IMG/VR virus record: IMGVR_UViG_3300042887_005053
Location: 62,001-126,000 of that record
Strand: one strand, 5' to 3'
Length of the DNA stretch: 64,000 nt
The position numbers and the translations under genes are program-made. Of the stretch, positions 20,517-30,104 are shown one piece after another. Within the stretch, counting starts at the first letter, position 1. Each line of letters starts with the position of its first letter. The notes beneath the pieces were generated by a model. That model was given only the letters and a program-made list of their open reading frames with translations, ran no database searches and was not told the DNA's origin.

Positions 20517-20756
20517 ATGAGTAAAGGTAAAAAAGCCAAAGAGCACCGTAGAAAAGTAATGTTGAGAAACGAAAGAATCAAACATGAAAAAAGAAAAATG
20601 CAAAAAGCTCAACAAGAAATGTTGATGAAATTGATCGAACAAGAGAAAGAAAAAGGATCATTCGATGCTCCGGTAATGTCTATGCCAGGATTTGAAGGAC
20701 CAAATCTAGGATTAGATACTAATTCAACTGAGACTGTTACAGGACCACAAATATAA
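20517..20756 (+). CDS. Small basic hypothetical protein
   Basis: 79-aa ORF; AAC-N18-TATAAA motif upstream. Confidence 0.55.
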   Translation: MSKGKKAKEHRRKVMLRNERIKHEKRKMQKAQQEMLMKLIEQEKEKGSFDAPVMSMPGFEGPNLGLDTNSTETVTGPQI

Positions 20757-20922
20757 GATCGAGTAGACTTGACTTTTTAGAAGGTGTTAGATTATTTTCT
20801 AACGCCTTTTTTATTTTGAGATTCAAATAACTTCTGATCTTATCAGATTTTTCTTTATCGTGTTTACACAGAGTAAGATATTTATCAACAGTTAAGATAG
20901 AGTTAATTTGTTTGTTTTTCAT
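20737..20922 (-). CDS. Small hypothetical protein
   Basis: 61-aa ORF filling an intergenic gap, A-rich upstream. Confidence 0.4.
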   Translation of the reverse strand: MKNKQINSILTVDKYLTLCKHDKEKSDKIRSYLNLKIKKALENNLTPSKKSSLLDLIFVVL

Positions 20923-20972
20923 TGTATAAACATTTTGTGTAAGTCTATATATAAATAAAAAAATTAAAAAAA

Positions 20973-22052
20973 TTGAATACTAAACTAAATATCAATATTG
21001 ATAAAGAAGATCATAACTTAAATGATTACTTATACTGTTGGCATATATTCAAAGAAAGACCCAACAGACTAAATATATTTGACAACTTTGACTCAAAGTC
21101 ATTTACTGAATTCATTAGTAATAAAGAAGTTAAAATTGAATCTTCTTTCTCTGATATTGCTCGTTCTCAATCTGGTGAATTCGTAATAAACGAGAGAAGA
21201 CTTTTGAAATATGATGATTTCATTTTCATCTCATATGTAGAAGTTGATAAAATGTCAACATTAGAAGAAAGTTTAATAACAGATGTATCAATTATCTACT
21301 CAAGTTCAATCGAGATATCTAAGATAAATGATTTGATAAATGAGTTAAACAACTTCTCTGTTGTAGAAGAGTCTGAAGAAGTAGAGGAATCAAAAGTTTC
21401 TGCTGTAACATTTACACCAAATGGTTTAGATACTCTTTCTATATCACTAATACAAGCTGACTATGATAATATTGATTTCTACTATAATGATGATACTATT
21501 AAAGAGTCAGATAAACTAATTAAAATACTAAAGAAAAAATCAAAAAGTTTAAGCTTAGTTTTTGGTGATAGAGGTAACGGTAAGACAACGCTACTTAATT
21601 ACATAAGTTCAAAGATTAAAAAGAATGTTATTTTTATTCCATTAAATCTGATAGAAAGTACAATCAACAATCCTGACTTCCGAAATTTCATTACAAGTCA
21701 CTCTAATTCAATTTTAGTAATTGAAGATTTAGATAACTATTTATTGAACTCAAAATCAACTTATTTCATAAACAATCTATTACAACTAGTTGATGGATTT
21801 CAGTCAGATGATTTAAAACTTCATATTTTATGTAGTGTTAATGTCGACAACATTGATGAAATAGATGAAAATCTTCTTCAGTGTAATAATATTGGAAAGA
21901 TAATTGAAATAAAAAGATTAGAGGCCGACAAAGTAGATGAGTTATGCAAACATTTAGGTCAAAAAAATAAGTTCAAATCTTCACAAAGAGTTGTGGATGT
22001 TTTAAGAAACAATAAAACTAAAGAACCAATTACTGAGATTGGATTCAATTAA
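20973..22052 (+). CDS. AAA+ ATPase family protein
   Basis: Walker A GDRGNGKTT, Walker B ILVIED, LLQLVDG. Confidence 0.8.
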   Translation: MNTKLNINIDKEDHNLNDYLYCWHIFKERPNRLNIFDNFDSKSFTEFISNKEVKIESSFSDIARSQSGEFVINERRLLKYDDFIFISYVEVDKMSTLEESLITDVSIIYSSSIEISKINDLINELNNFSVVEESEEVEESKVSAVTFTPNGLDTLSISLIQADYDNIDFYYNDDTIKESDKLIKILKKKSKSLSLVFGDRGNGKTTLLNYISSKIKKNVIFIPLNLIESTINNPDFRNFITSHSNSILVIEDLDNYLLNSKSTYFINNLLQLVDGFQSDDLKLHILCSVNVDNIDEIDENLLQCNNIGKIIEIKRLEADKVDELCKHLGQKNKFKSSQRVVDVLRNNKTKEPITEIGFN

Positions 22053-22064
22053 TATATAGTAATC

Positions 22065-22397
22065 ATGATTAATAATTTGACAGAAGAAGCAATTTTAGAA
22101 TATTTGATGACATCTGAGTTCAATGAAGGATTGACACCAGAAGAGCTAAAATTTCTATTATTTAAGTTTAGAAACTATTATAGAGTATTAAATAGTAAAA
22201 ACGATTTTCACAAAGGTCAGATTGATCTAAAGAGTAGGGAAATAAGTCAACTTGAAACTGATAAAGATCGAATCATAAACGAGTTACAGATTTCTAATGT
22301 AAAAATTCAAGAAGAACATAGTATTCTTCTAAAAAGAAAGCTTTCTTGGAAAGAAAGAATTCTTGGAAAAATAATTAATGAAGATGAAAATAAGTGA
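22065..22397 (+). CDS. Hypothetical coiled-coil protein
   Basis: ORF track; TAATATATA at 22050. Confidence 0.55.
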   Translation: MINNLTEEAILEYLMTSEFNEGLTPEELKFLLFKFRNYYRVLNSKNDFHKGQIDLKSREISQLETDKDRIINELQISNVKIQEEHSILLKRKLSWKERILGKIINEDENK

Positions 22398-23511
22398 ATT
22401 TAAAAAACTTGAAGAAAAAATTAAAGAACAAGACTTTAATAAAAGCTTCAAAAATATAAACAAAGTAATGTTTATACTGTCCATATTTGGACATTTTGCC
22501 TCAATTTTCTTGGCTTACTTTTTGGTATCTAAAATTCTATCTGGTGCCATAACGGATAATACAATACTCGTTGGTGTGTCTAGTGTTATTTTATTGGGTG
22601 GCTTAGAACTTCTAAAAAGAGAAATATTTGACAAATTCAGTCTTCAACAAATAAAAATTAAAAGTTTATTCAGCAAAGATGTTTTGCCACTAGCTATTGT
22701 TAGTTTAGTAATTGTTTCTATTTCTTTCTATGCGTCAATTAAAGGTGCTGCCGAATTCTCAAGTAAGTCTAAGGAGATTGAAAAAGAAGTAACAGTAGAT
22801 ATTAAGAATTATGAGGATAGTTTAAAAGCTTTATACTCAACTAAGATTACAGAAGTTGAAAGTCAAATTGCCAATAACAAAACTAAAATTGAAGATAAGG
22901 ATAAAGAACAAACACAAATTGAAAGTTCTGAGCGATTAACATCACAACAGAAAAATAGAGTTAAAGATTTAAAATCCGAGAAAGTTGAATTAAAAGAAGA
23001 AATTAAATCCCTCGAAGACAAGATCGCTTTGTTAAATAGTGAATTACAGAAAGAAGTTTCTGATTTTGAAGAACAAACTAAAACAGAAGGAGAAGAAAAG
23101 AAGTCAGAAAATGAAGACAACTCTTTATTCTTTGTCATCATCTCTACTCTTATAGAACTTGTTATCTTAACTGGAGTTTATTTTAATGAATATTATAAGT
23201 TCAGATCATATGATGAATTCAAAAAGAAAATTGAAAATGATGTTAACTTTCAAAAGTGGTATAATTACAATAAAGTCTTAGACATAATTTACAACACTGA
23301 TACTAAAATAAATGACAAACTACCAAGTGGAAAAACTCTTCAAGACTTGTGTAAAGTAAATGGTATTATTTTACTGAATAAAGACATTACTGATTTGAAC
23401 AAGTTGTTCAATTCTCTTGGAATCATAAAGTCATCAGGTAGCACTAAGTATATTTCAAAAAGTAAAGAAAATGCTCAAGAAATTTTGAAGAATCACTTTA
23501 ATATAGATTAA
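22378..23511 (+). CDS. Multi-TM membrane protein with long coiled coil
   Basis: Three N-terminal hydrophobic helices, K/E coiled coil, fourth helix (LFFVIISTLIELVIL). Confidence 0.65.
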   Translation: MKMKISEFKKLEEKIKEQDFNKSFKNINKVMFILSIFGHFASIFLAYFLVSKILSGAITDNTILVGVSSVILLGGLELLKREIFDKFSLQQIKIKSLFSKDVLPLAIVSLVIVSISFYASIKGAAEFSSKSKEIEKEVTVDIKNYEDSLKALYSTKITEVESQIANNKTKIEDKDKEQTQIESSERLTSQQKNRVKDLKSEKVELKEEIKSLEDKIALLNSELQKEVSDFEEQTKTEGEEKKSENEDNSLFFVIISTLIELVILTGVYFNEYYKFRSYDEFKKKIENDVNFQKWYNYNKVLDIIYNTDTKINDKLPSGKTLQDLCKVNGIILLNKDITDLNKLFNSLGIIKSSGSTKYISKSKENAQEILKNHFNID

Positions 23512-23559
23512 TTTGTGAATTTCGCAATTAATATATAATATCAAAATATAGTATTCAAA

Positions 23560-24006
23560 ATGAAAATAGCAAATTATAACGATTTCTTAATTTTAGAAGC
23601 AAGAAAGAGTAAAGCCGAGATCGAAACTGCAGTTATAGAGTTCATTAAAAAAGATTCTAAAGTCGAAACAGGTAAAGGTTGGCCAAATGAAAAAAGTCTA
23701 TATTCACTTTCGACTATTATCAAGTCACTAAAAGATGACTTTAAGAGTGAGCAAGTAGCAAATGCTATTACATCTTGTAAAGAGATTAAAAGTATTAATG
23801 TAAAAGTTCCTAAATATGGAAGTTATCCTTATTATTATATTGGTCTATCAGAAGAAGATGCTAAAGAAATAAAGGAAAATTACGAAAAAGAAGTTGAAGG
23901 TGAATCAAAACCGACAAAAAAAGTAGCTACAAAAGAAGTTAAGAAAGCTCCAAAGAAGAGAGTATCACCTTCGAGTAAATCAAAGATTGAAAGAAAAGAA
24001 AAATAA
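23560..24006 (+). CDS. Basic hypothetical protein with Lys-rich tail
   Basis: Leader MKIANYNDFLILEA; K-rich C-terminus. Confidence 0.55.
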   Translation: MKIANYNDFLILEARKSKAEIETAVIEFIKKDSKVETGKGWPNEKSLYSLSTIIKSLKDDFKSEQVANAITSCKEIKSINVKVPKYGSYPYYYIGLSEEDAKEIKENYEKEVEGESKPTKKVATKEVKKAPKKRVSPSSKSKIERKEK

Positions 24007-24008
24007 GT

Positions 24009-24040
24009 AAAAGAGAGAGTTTAACTCTCTCTTTTTATTT
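24009..24040 (+). terminator. Intrinsic terminator
   Basis: AAAAGAGAGAGTT-T-AACTCTCTCTTTTT. Confidence 0.75.
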
Positions 24041-24095
24041 TAAAATGAGGGAAAATTGAAAAAATCAATATATACTTCAAAAATAAAATAAAATT

Positions 24096-24326
24096 ATGTC
24101 TAAAGAGAATATGGAATACTTGGACAAGTATGATTACCTATTGAAAGTTCTAACTGAAGAGATTGATATTGATGGTAAAAAAGTAAGACTAAAGGATGAT
24201 TTTGAAAAGTTCTTTATCAAAGGAAATAAAACCGCAGGAACTAGAGTAAGAAAGTTTATGCAGATTCTAAGAAGAACGGCTGAAGAAGTCAGAAATGATG
24301 TTCAAGATTACAAAGATCGTTTATAA
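24096..24326 (+). CDS. Histone H1-like (Hc1 family) nucleoid protein
   Basis: KFFIKGNKTAGTRVRKFMQ.L...A.E.R matches the GNKxAGxRxRK signature. Confidence 0.7.
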   Translation: MSKENMEYLDKYDYLLKVLTEEIDIDGKKVRLKDDFEKFFIKGNKTAGTRVRKFMQILRRTAEEVRNDVQDYKDRL

Positions 24327-24332
24327 ATCACA

Positions 24333-24364
24333 GAAAGACCTCACATTGTGAGGTTTTCTTTTTT
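24333..24364 (+). terminator. Intrinsic terminator
   Basis: ACCTCACA-T-TGTGAGGT followed by T-tract. Confidence 0.7.
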
Positions 24365-24397
24365 AATATATACTGGAAATATAAAATTTTAATTCAA

Positions 24398-24979
24398 ATG
24401 AAAAAATTTAGTAAGGTTTCTGGCTTCGAAGTCAATGAAGAACCAAAAGTTAATAATAAGAAAGACCAACAGATTGTTGCAGTAAAGTCTAAAATTTTCA
24501 AATTGATTGATGATTTTTTAACTATTCAATCTTATGGATCAGCTCATAGAGATTTGTTAAACACATCAGTGAAAATTGTTGGAAAAGAAATGTTTGCCGA
24601 TGCTCTTTTAGATTTTATGGCAGATGAAAACTTGATGAATCAGATAAAGGCTTTAGAATCATTAAAACAAAATAACAAAGATTGGGAAACTATTGACAAT
24701 AAAATAAATCAACTTGAAACAGAAAAAGAATCTAATAATCTTTTAGTTGAAAAGGTAACAGAAGTCAAAAGTGTTAAAAATTTTATAAATTCTTATTTAG
24801 AGAATGATAATTTTAGTGAAATTGCAGAAATGTATTCAGAGAGATTAGTATCTAAGGAGAAAATTCAACTAAAGTCAATCATTTCGGAAAAGCTTTCTGA
24901 AAAAGAATTGGATAATGATAAAAAAAGTAAACTATTACTATTGTCTGAAATATTAAATAAAAGGTCAAACGAAATTTAA
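24398..24979 (+). CDS. Hypothetical protein
   Basis: 193-aa ORF; TAATATATA at 24364. Confidence 0.55.
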   Translation: MKKFSKVSGFEVNEEPKVNNKKDQQIVAVKSKIFKLIDDFLTIQSYGSAHRDLLNTSVKIVGKEMFADALLDFMADENLMNQIKALESLKQNNKDWETIDNKINQLETEKESNNLLVEKVTEVKSVKNFINSYLENDNFSEIAEMYSERLVSKEKIQLKSIISEKLSEKELDNDKKSKLLLLSEILNKRSNEI

Positions 24980-24982
24980 TTT

Positions 24983-25741
24983 ATGTCTAATAAATCAGCT
25001 CAGTTAGATTTACTCAGCGAAGTCTGTAATTTAACAATAATCAATCAATTGGTTGAAACACATTGTGTTGAAGAATCTATAGGTCAAATAGAAGTATCAA
25101 AGACTATTAAAGACCATGATGCTGTGAGACACATAAATGAAACTATTGATTATAAACTTAAACAACACAGACTCATTATTAAAAAACACAAACATAATTC
25201 TGTAGTTATATCAGATCTTCCAATTAGTAACACAATATCGAGTAATAAATCAACTTGTGAGTGTATATCATCTGATATTAATCAAATATTCATAAATGAA
25301 CTAAAGTCCTTTAAGAACATACAAACTTTTGAATATGATTTTTTCAAACAAAGTTTTTTCAAAAGAATTTTCAATCCGAACACCGACGAAAAACTTACAC
25401 AACATATCATAGAATTAGGAAAAGATTGTTCTTGGATCATTGTGCCAACATTCTTATATGAAATAATTGTCGACTCAGAATGGTTTCAACCTTCAAACAT
25501 GAAAGAAGATTCTTTGATATTCAATGTTGGGAAATTAGATGAAATACAAGTCTATTTAAATCCAGATGAAGATGAGTCAGTAGTATATTTTGGAAACTAT
25601 GACTCAACTACAATTTTGATAAATAAGAATATTCAAGATGAAGATCTAAAAATTTGTTCCTTATTTAAGGAAGGAAGATCATTAATAGTTGAATATTTAT
25701 TTTTAGAAACAGGAAGAACGAAACTATTAAAGGTTAGTTAA
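24983..25741 (+). CDS. Hypothetical protein
   Basis: 252-aa ORF. Confidence 0.55.
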   Translation: MSNKSAQLDLLSEVCNLTIINQLVETHCVEESIGQIEVSKTIKDHDAVRHINETIDYKLKQHRLIIKKHKHNSVVISDLPISNTISSNKSTCECISSDINQIFINELKSFKNIQTFEYDFFKQSFFKRIFNPNTDEKLTQHIIELGKDCSWIIVPTFLYEIIVDSEWFQPSNMKEDSLIFNVGKLDEIQVYLNPDEDESVVYFGNYDSTTILINKNIQDEDLKICSLFKEGRSLIVEYLFLETGRTKLLKVS

Positions 25742-26620
25742 AAGATCATCTAAAAGAGAATTTCTTACTTCTTTAACACTATCAAAGTATCTAAAGTTAT
25801 ACTTTTGAGATCTACCTTTATCATTCATAATAACTACTTTAAGAACGCCATTTTCTAAACTTTTGGAAATTAAATTGTAATATGAATTTATTGTTAACTC
25901 ACCAAAGTTATTTGGCAATTCAATACACTTGATTTTTTCTCCTGGTTCAATTTCCAACATTTTAGATCTTAGTTCGTTTCCAATTCTTTGAATGAGATTG
26001 TCATAATTAATTTTAAGAAAATCAGACTTCGAATCGTTGAGTTGTTGAGTGATGAAAGAAACAATATCTTGTGTTTTTTGTATTTCAAATTTAATTGAGT
26101 TATCGGGTTCGGGTAGAGAGTTTATATACCAATTGCATATACGGTGGTATTCTTCGACTTCTATTTCGTTTTGAATGACAAAATTAGCAATAATCGGAGA
26201 GCTTAAAACCAAGTTATCACTATAGTGCCATCTACTACGCTTACGAGATCTATTAGTTAAAAGATCCCATCTTTTTGAATTTATTAGATTGCCAAAAGAT
26301 TTTACACTCTTATTCTTTAGCGATTTTTTAGCAAAATCATCTTTAGAGTTCTCAACAAGAACAGATTGAAAGTCTTTAACTTTAATTTTATCAGTGTAGT
26401 ATACCTGTTGATTTCTTTTCTGTGTATAAATACAAAATTCAATGAAGTCCATATAGATTGATAAACCGTAGTTTTGACACTCTCTTTTAAGTATATCAAA
26501 CTTCGAGTCTCTTATCTCTTGTTCTAAGCATAAAGAAAAATCCTTCAAAATTGGATAGAATTCTTTAATTTTCTCTATTTTTTCTAAATTACCTATAATT
26601 ATGTCTTTTGTGATCTTCAT
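25727..26620 (-). CDS. Hypothetical protein with C-terminal SH3-like module
   Basis: C-terminus GEKIKCI..LTINSYY..NDKG..Y resembles the 44884..45114 protein. Confidence 0.55.
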   Translation of the reverse strand: MKITKDIIIGNLEKIEKIKEFYPILKDFSLCLEQEIRDSKFDILKRECQNYGLSIYMDFIEFCIYTQKRNQQVYYTDKIKVKDFQSVLVENSKDDFAKKSLKNKSVKSFGNLINSKRWDLLTNRSRKRSRWHYSDNLVLSSPIIANFVIQNEIEVEEYHRICNWYINSLPEPDNSIKFEIQKTQDIVSFITQQLNDSKSDFLKINYDNLIQRIGNELRSKMLEIEPGEKIKCIELPNNFGELTINSYYNLISKSLENGVLKVVIMNDKGRSQKYNFRYFDSVKEVRNSLLDDLLTNL

Positions 26621-26625
26621 AGATA

Positions 26626-26656
26626 CAAAGATAGTAAAATTATCTTGATTACCAAA
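26626..26656 (-). promoter_or_regulatory. Bacteroidota primary-sigma promoter (-33/-7)
   Basis: Minus strand TTTG (26656-26653), 19 nt, TATCTTTG (26633-26626), 5 nt before the ATG at 26620. Confidence 0.75.
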
Positions 26657-26691
26657 ATCAAATTAATAATACATTTTTAATATATAGAACT

Positions 26692-28080
26692 ATGAAAAAG
26701 TATTCTGAGACCTTTATCAATAATTCTGATATTCTAAAGTTAGCTAAAATAGGTTTTGAGTTCGAGTTTTTTATGAAAGATTTATCTTACTATAAAACTA
26801 TGGAATTGTTGAATCAATATCTATCACCAGTAAAAGTCTGGGGATTTAGACAATACCACTCAGATTTTACACCTGACTCACAGAATTTCAAAATTGAACC
26901 AGATTTATCGGGTGGTGCAAACATGGTTGAGTTAGTAACTGGACCTTTACAATATTTTGAAGCAAAATATTTCTTAGTAAAAATTTTGAAATTTATACAA
27001 GAATATGGATTTACAAATGAAAAATGTTCAATACACTTCAATATATCATTTATAGATGAAGCAGACAAAAATCTAAACGATCTGAATGTATTAAAGTTGA
27101 TTCTAAGTGTTGATGAAGATGAGATTTATAGAGTTTACCCATCAAGAAAAAACAATGTTTATGCTAAAACTATAAAGAAAGTTATTCCTTTCAAAGACTA
27201 TGATTTTAATAATATTGGTATTGATGTAGTCAAAAATAATCTAAGACTACCAAATGATAAGTATTATGGTGTGAATTTCTTGCATATAAATAATCCGAAA
27301 CAAACTCAGAGATTAGAATTCAGATATATTGGAGGCAAAGACTATGAGAAGAACATTGGTCAAATAAATTACTTCTTAGATAGATTTATACTCGATGTTT
27401 ATTCGTCAATTGACGCTGGATTTACGAATGAAGACATTCAAGATTTAGAGAAGTATTTAGATGAAAATATCACTAACTTCAAAAATTTCTCTAAATACGA
27501 TAGTTTTATCGTAGACTTTCCAAGTATCTCTTTACAGATTGACCAAAACTATGGATATGATATTGTAAACGCTTATTATGATAGAGTCTATAGTAAGTTA
27601 TACACACTTTTAGATTCTACAGATTCTCTTAAAGATTGTATAATAAACTATGTAACATCTACTCAGAGAGTTGAGATTATTGATGGAAATATTAAATCAA
27701 CTCAAAATATATCAAATTATGATTTTATAAATTGCACAATCAGTGATGGTATTTTTGAAAACTGTCATTTTATCAACTCAGACATAACCAACTCACAAAT
27801 AATAAAGTCAAAAGTTCACGGATCGGAATTAACGAAGACAAAAGTTCTTAACTGTTCGGTTGAATCATCAGAACTAAAAGATTGTTTCTTTATGAATGGT
27901 TATTTAAATGCAGATATGTATGGTGGTGTATTTAGAAGTGGTAAACTTGGTCCATATGCAAATATTAGCTCAGAAACTAAAATAGTTCAAGAAGATGGTA
28001 ATTTCTTTGATACAACATTTGATGATGATAGATATGATATTAAAAAAGACCAAGGTGTTATCAAAGCCTTCAAAAAATAA
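26692..28080 (+). CDS. Putative amidoligase (COOH-NH2 ligase) with C-terminal beta-helix-like repeats
   Basis: IGFEFEF, ELVTGPL, CSIHFNIS, KYYGVNF, RLEFRYIGG; then N/C/S pentapeptide-like repeats. Confidence 0.7.
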   Translation: MKKYSETFINNSDILKLAKIGFEFEFFMKDLSYYKTMELLNQYLSPVKVWGFRQYHSDFTPDSQNFKIEPDLSGGANMVELVTGPLQYFEAKYFLVKILKFIQEYGFTNEKCSIHFNISFIDEADKNLNDLNVLKLILSVDEDEIYRVYPSRKNNVYAKTIKKVIPFKDYDFNNIGIDVVKNNLRLPNDKYYGVNFLHINNPKQTQRLEFRYIGGKDYEKNIGQINYFLDRFILDVYSSIDAGFTNEDIQDLEKYLDENITNFKNFSKYDSFIVDFPSISLQIDQNYGYDIVNAYYDRVYSKLYTLLDSTDSLKDCIINYVTSTQRVEIIDGNIKSTQNISNYDFINCTISDGIFENCHFINSDITNSQIIKSKVHGSELTKTKVLNCSVESSELKDCFFMNGYLNADMYGGVFRSGKLGPYANISSETKIVQEDGNFFDTTFDDDRYDIKKDQGVIKAFKK

Positions 28081-28105
28081 TTGTTTACAAATTAATATAT
28101 AAGTT

Positions 28106-29563
28106 ATGAAAGTAGAAAAATTTAACAACTGGGGATTAATCAAAGAGGAAGCCGCCCCAAGATTGCCAATAAAAGAAGAGTATTGGTTATCTAAAGGCAA
28201 AGATGGTAAAAAAGTAGCTTTATACACTCACGATGATATGGATGGTATATTTTGTGCTGTCGAGATGAAAAAATGGTTGTTAAACAAAGGATTTGAAATT
28301 GTAAAATATGGAATATTAAATTATTCCGAAGGTTGGAAATACACTACATTAGATCCCAATCTTATTAACATCGTATTAGACTTTGCAAATATGCCAGGTG
28401 ATGAAAGAGATGAGATGATTGACTATTATCTTGACCATCACGGTCTTTTTAGTGCAGAAGAACTAGAAAAATATAAAAAGTCACCAGTTCAGAAAAAAGC
28501 AACTTCTTCAGCTTATGAAGCAGTTTGTATTGCATTGGGAATACCACAAGATAGTTTGACAGTTGAAGTCATCGATATGATTGATGCAGCAAAATATCAA
28601 GATTATGAAGTTTCTTGGCAGAGATTACTTAGTTATGACTTGTCTGAAATTAAAAAGTCTAAGAATATTAGATTAGAGTTTGCAGCAGCATTCAATCAAT
28701 TTTTGAAAAGATCTGATACAAAAACACTTATTTCAGTAATTCACAATTGTAAAGATGCTTCTATATACTCTATTTTTACTATAATGAGTAAAGTATATCC
28801 AGCTCATAACTTATATACAGCTGGTCCAATGAAAGGTCTACCAAAAGAATTCAAAGCAGATTCAGAGTGGAGATTACAAACTATGCAAAGAAGAACCACT
28901 GGTGTAGATAGAATGAAGAAAATTTATAGATCACAGAATGAGTTTTTGACAGCATTTCAAAGAGGTGAGAGTATTAGACTAGATGGTTATCAGATAATTG
29001 GAGATTTGGCTTTCATACCAACTGGAACTTGGGCAAATGCACTAAGAGCAAGAAGTATTATTGAAGCAGATTTTCAAAAAGGATTAATACCTGCTGAACC
29101 TAAATTCATATTATTACAATATGGTGGAACACTTCAAGTTTGTGCTTATAAAAAGATTTCAGAGACAAAAGACTTACCTAAATTAAAGAGTGGTAAGGTA
29201 GTAGACGATTTAGGAGAATATATGACTAGTTTATTAAGTAATTTCAAAAAACACTTTGGCTACTATGATCCTGATACATCAATCGGTCAAGATGAAATAA
29301 CTGTTTCTGGTGGTCACGGTGGTATCGGTAGTGTTTCTAATATTTTTGGAACTTGTGAAGTTAGTCCATATGAGGGTTGTAGGTTTATTGATATGTTTAA
29401 GAACAAAATAATCTCAGATCTATCTGGTGTACCTTTTAGTATCAAATTAAAATGGGGTGAAGCATCTGAAAGAAAAGGACCTGAGCCGGAAATGGATAAT
29501 AAGGTCATTAGTGCTTCTGATGTAACTGAATTAGATGAATATGGTAATATTATAGAAAAATAA
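28106..29563 (+). CDS. DHH/DHHA1-family phosphoesterase
   Basis: HDDMDG, VLDF, DHHG, C-terminal GGH. Confidence 0.75.
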   Translation: MKVEKFNNWGLIKEEAAPRLPIKEEYWLSKGKDGKKVALYTHDDMDGIFCAVEMKKWLLNKGFEIVKYGILNYSEGWKYTTLDPNLINIVLDFANMPGDERDEMIDYYLDHHGLFSAEELEKYKKSPVQKKATSSAYEAVCIALGIPQDSLTVEVIDMIDAAKYQDYEVSWQRLLSYDLSEIKKSKNIRLEFAAAFNQFLKRSDTKTLISVIHNCKDASIYSIFTIMSKVYPAHNLYTAGPMKGLPKEFKADSEWRLQTMQRRTTGVDRMKKIYRSQNEFLTAFQRGESIRLDGYQIIGDLAFIPTGTWANALRARSIIEADFQKGLIPAEPKFILLQYGGTLQVCAYKKISETKDLPKLKSGKVVDDLGEYMTSLLSNFKKHFGYYDPDTSIGQDEITVSGGHGGIGSVSNIFGTCEVSPYEGCRFIDMFKNKIISDLSGVPFSIKLKWGEASERKGPEPEMDNKVISASDVTELDEYGNIIEK

Positions 29564-29580
29564 AATATATTAAATTTTCA

Positions 29581-29608
29581 AAAAAACCACGATTAGTCGT
29601 GGTTTTTT
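29581..29608 (+). terminator. Intrinsic terminator
   Basis: AAAAAACCACGA-TTAG-TCGTGGTTTTTT. Confidence 0.8.
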
Positions 29609-29674
29609 GTTTTATATAAGGAGGGCCGAGTAAAAAAAATATAAATACTTTAATAGTTAAAAAACAAGAAAGGA

Positions 29675-30067
29675 ATGGAGTTTTTTTGTGTCTATGTTAA
29701 GACAAGAAAGAAATTAGATAAGTATATAAAAGTCAATAGAGTTAGAAATAAGTACATAATTGATATTAAAAAAATTATGGAAGAAGAAGAAATAACCATT
29801 GATAAAGAAAAAACTTATTTGAAAATAATTATCTTCCAGAAGATACAACAAGCAATAGACAAGAATAAAGACATCTACTACATTCCCGACTTTGAAAGTC
29901 AATTCTCAATAGAAAAACTAATCAACATCAAAAAAATACTTGGAGAAGACAATAATTTCAATGTATTGATTTTCTACAACGAATTCAGAAAAGAACCTCA
30001 GATATTAGACGACGTTCTAAGTAACTTATCAAAATTTAATGCATCACAAATAATTAGAGATTATTAA
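29675..30067 (+). CDS. Hypothetical protein
   Basis: 130-aa ORF. Confidence 0.5.
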   Translation: MEFFCVYVKTRKKLDKYIKVNRVRNKYIIDIKKIMEEEEITIDKEKTYLKIIIFQKIQQAIDKNKDIYYIPDFESQFSIEKLINIKKILGEDNNFNVLIFYNEFRKEPQILDDVLSNLSKFNASQIIRDY

Positions 30068-30104
30068 TTGTTTAATATATACATTAAAATACTCATAATT
30101 AAAG

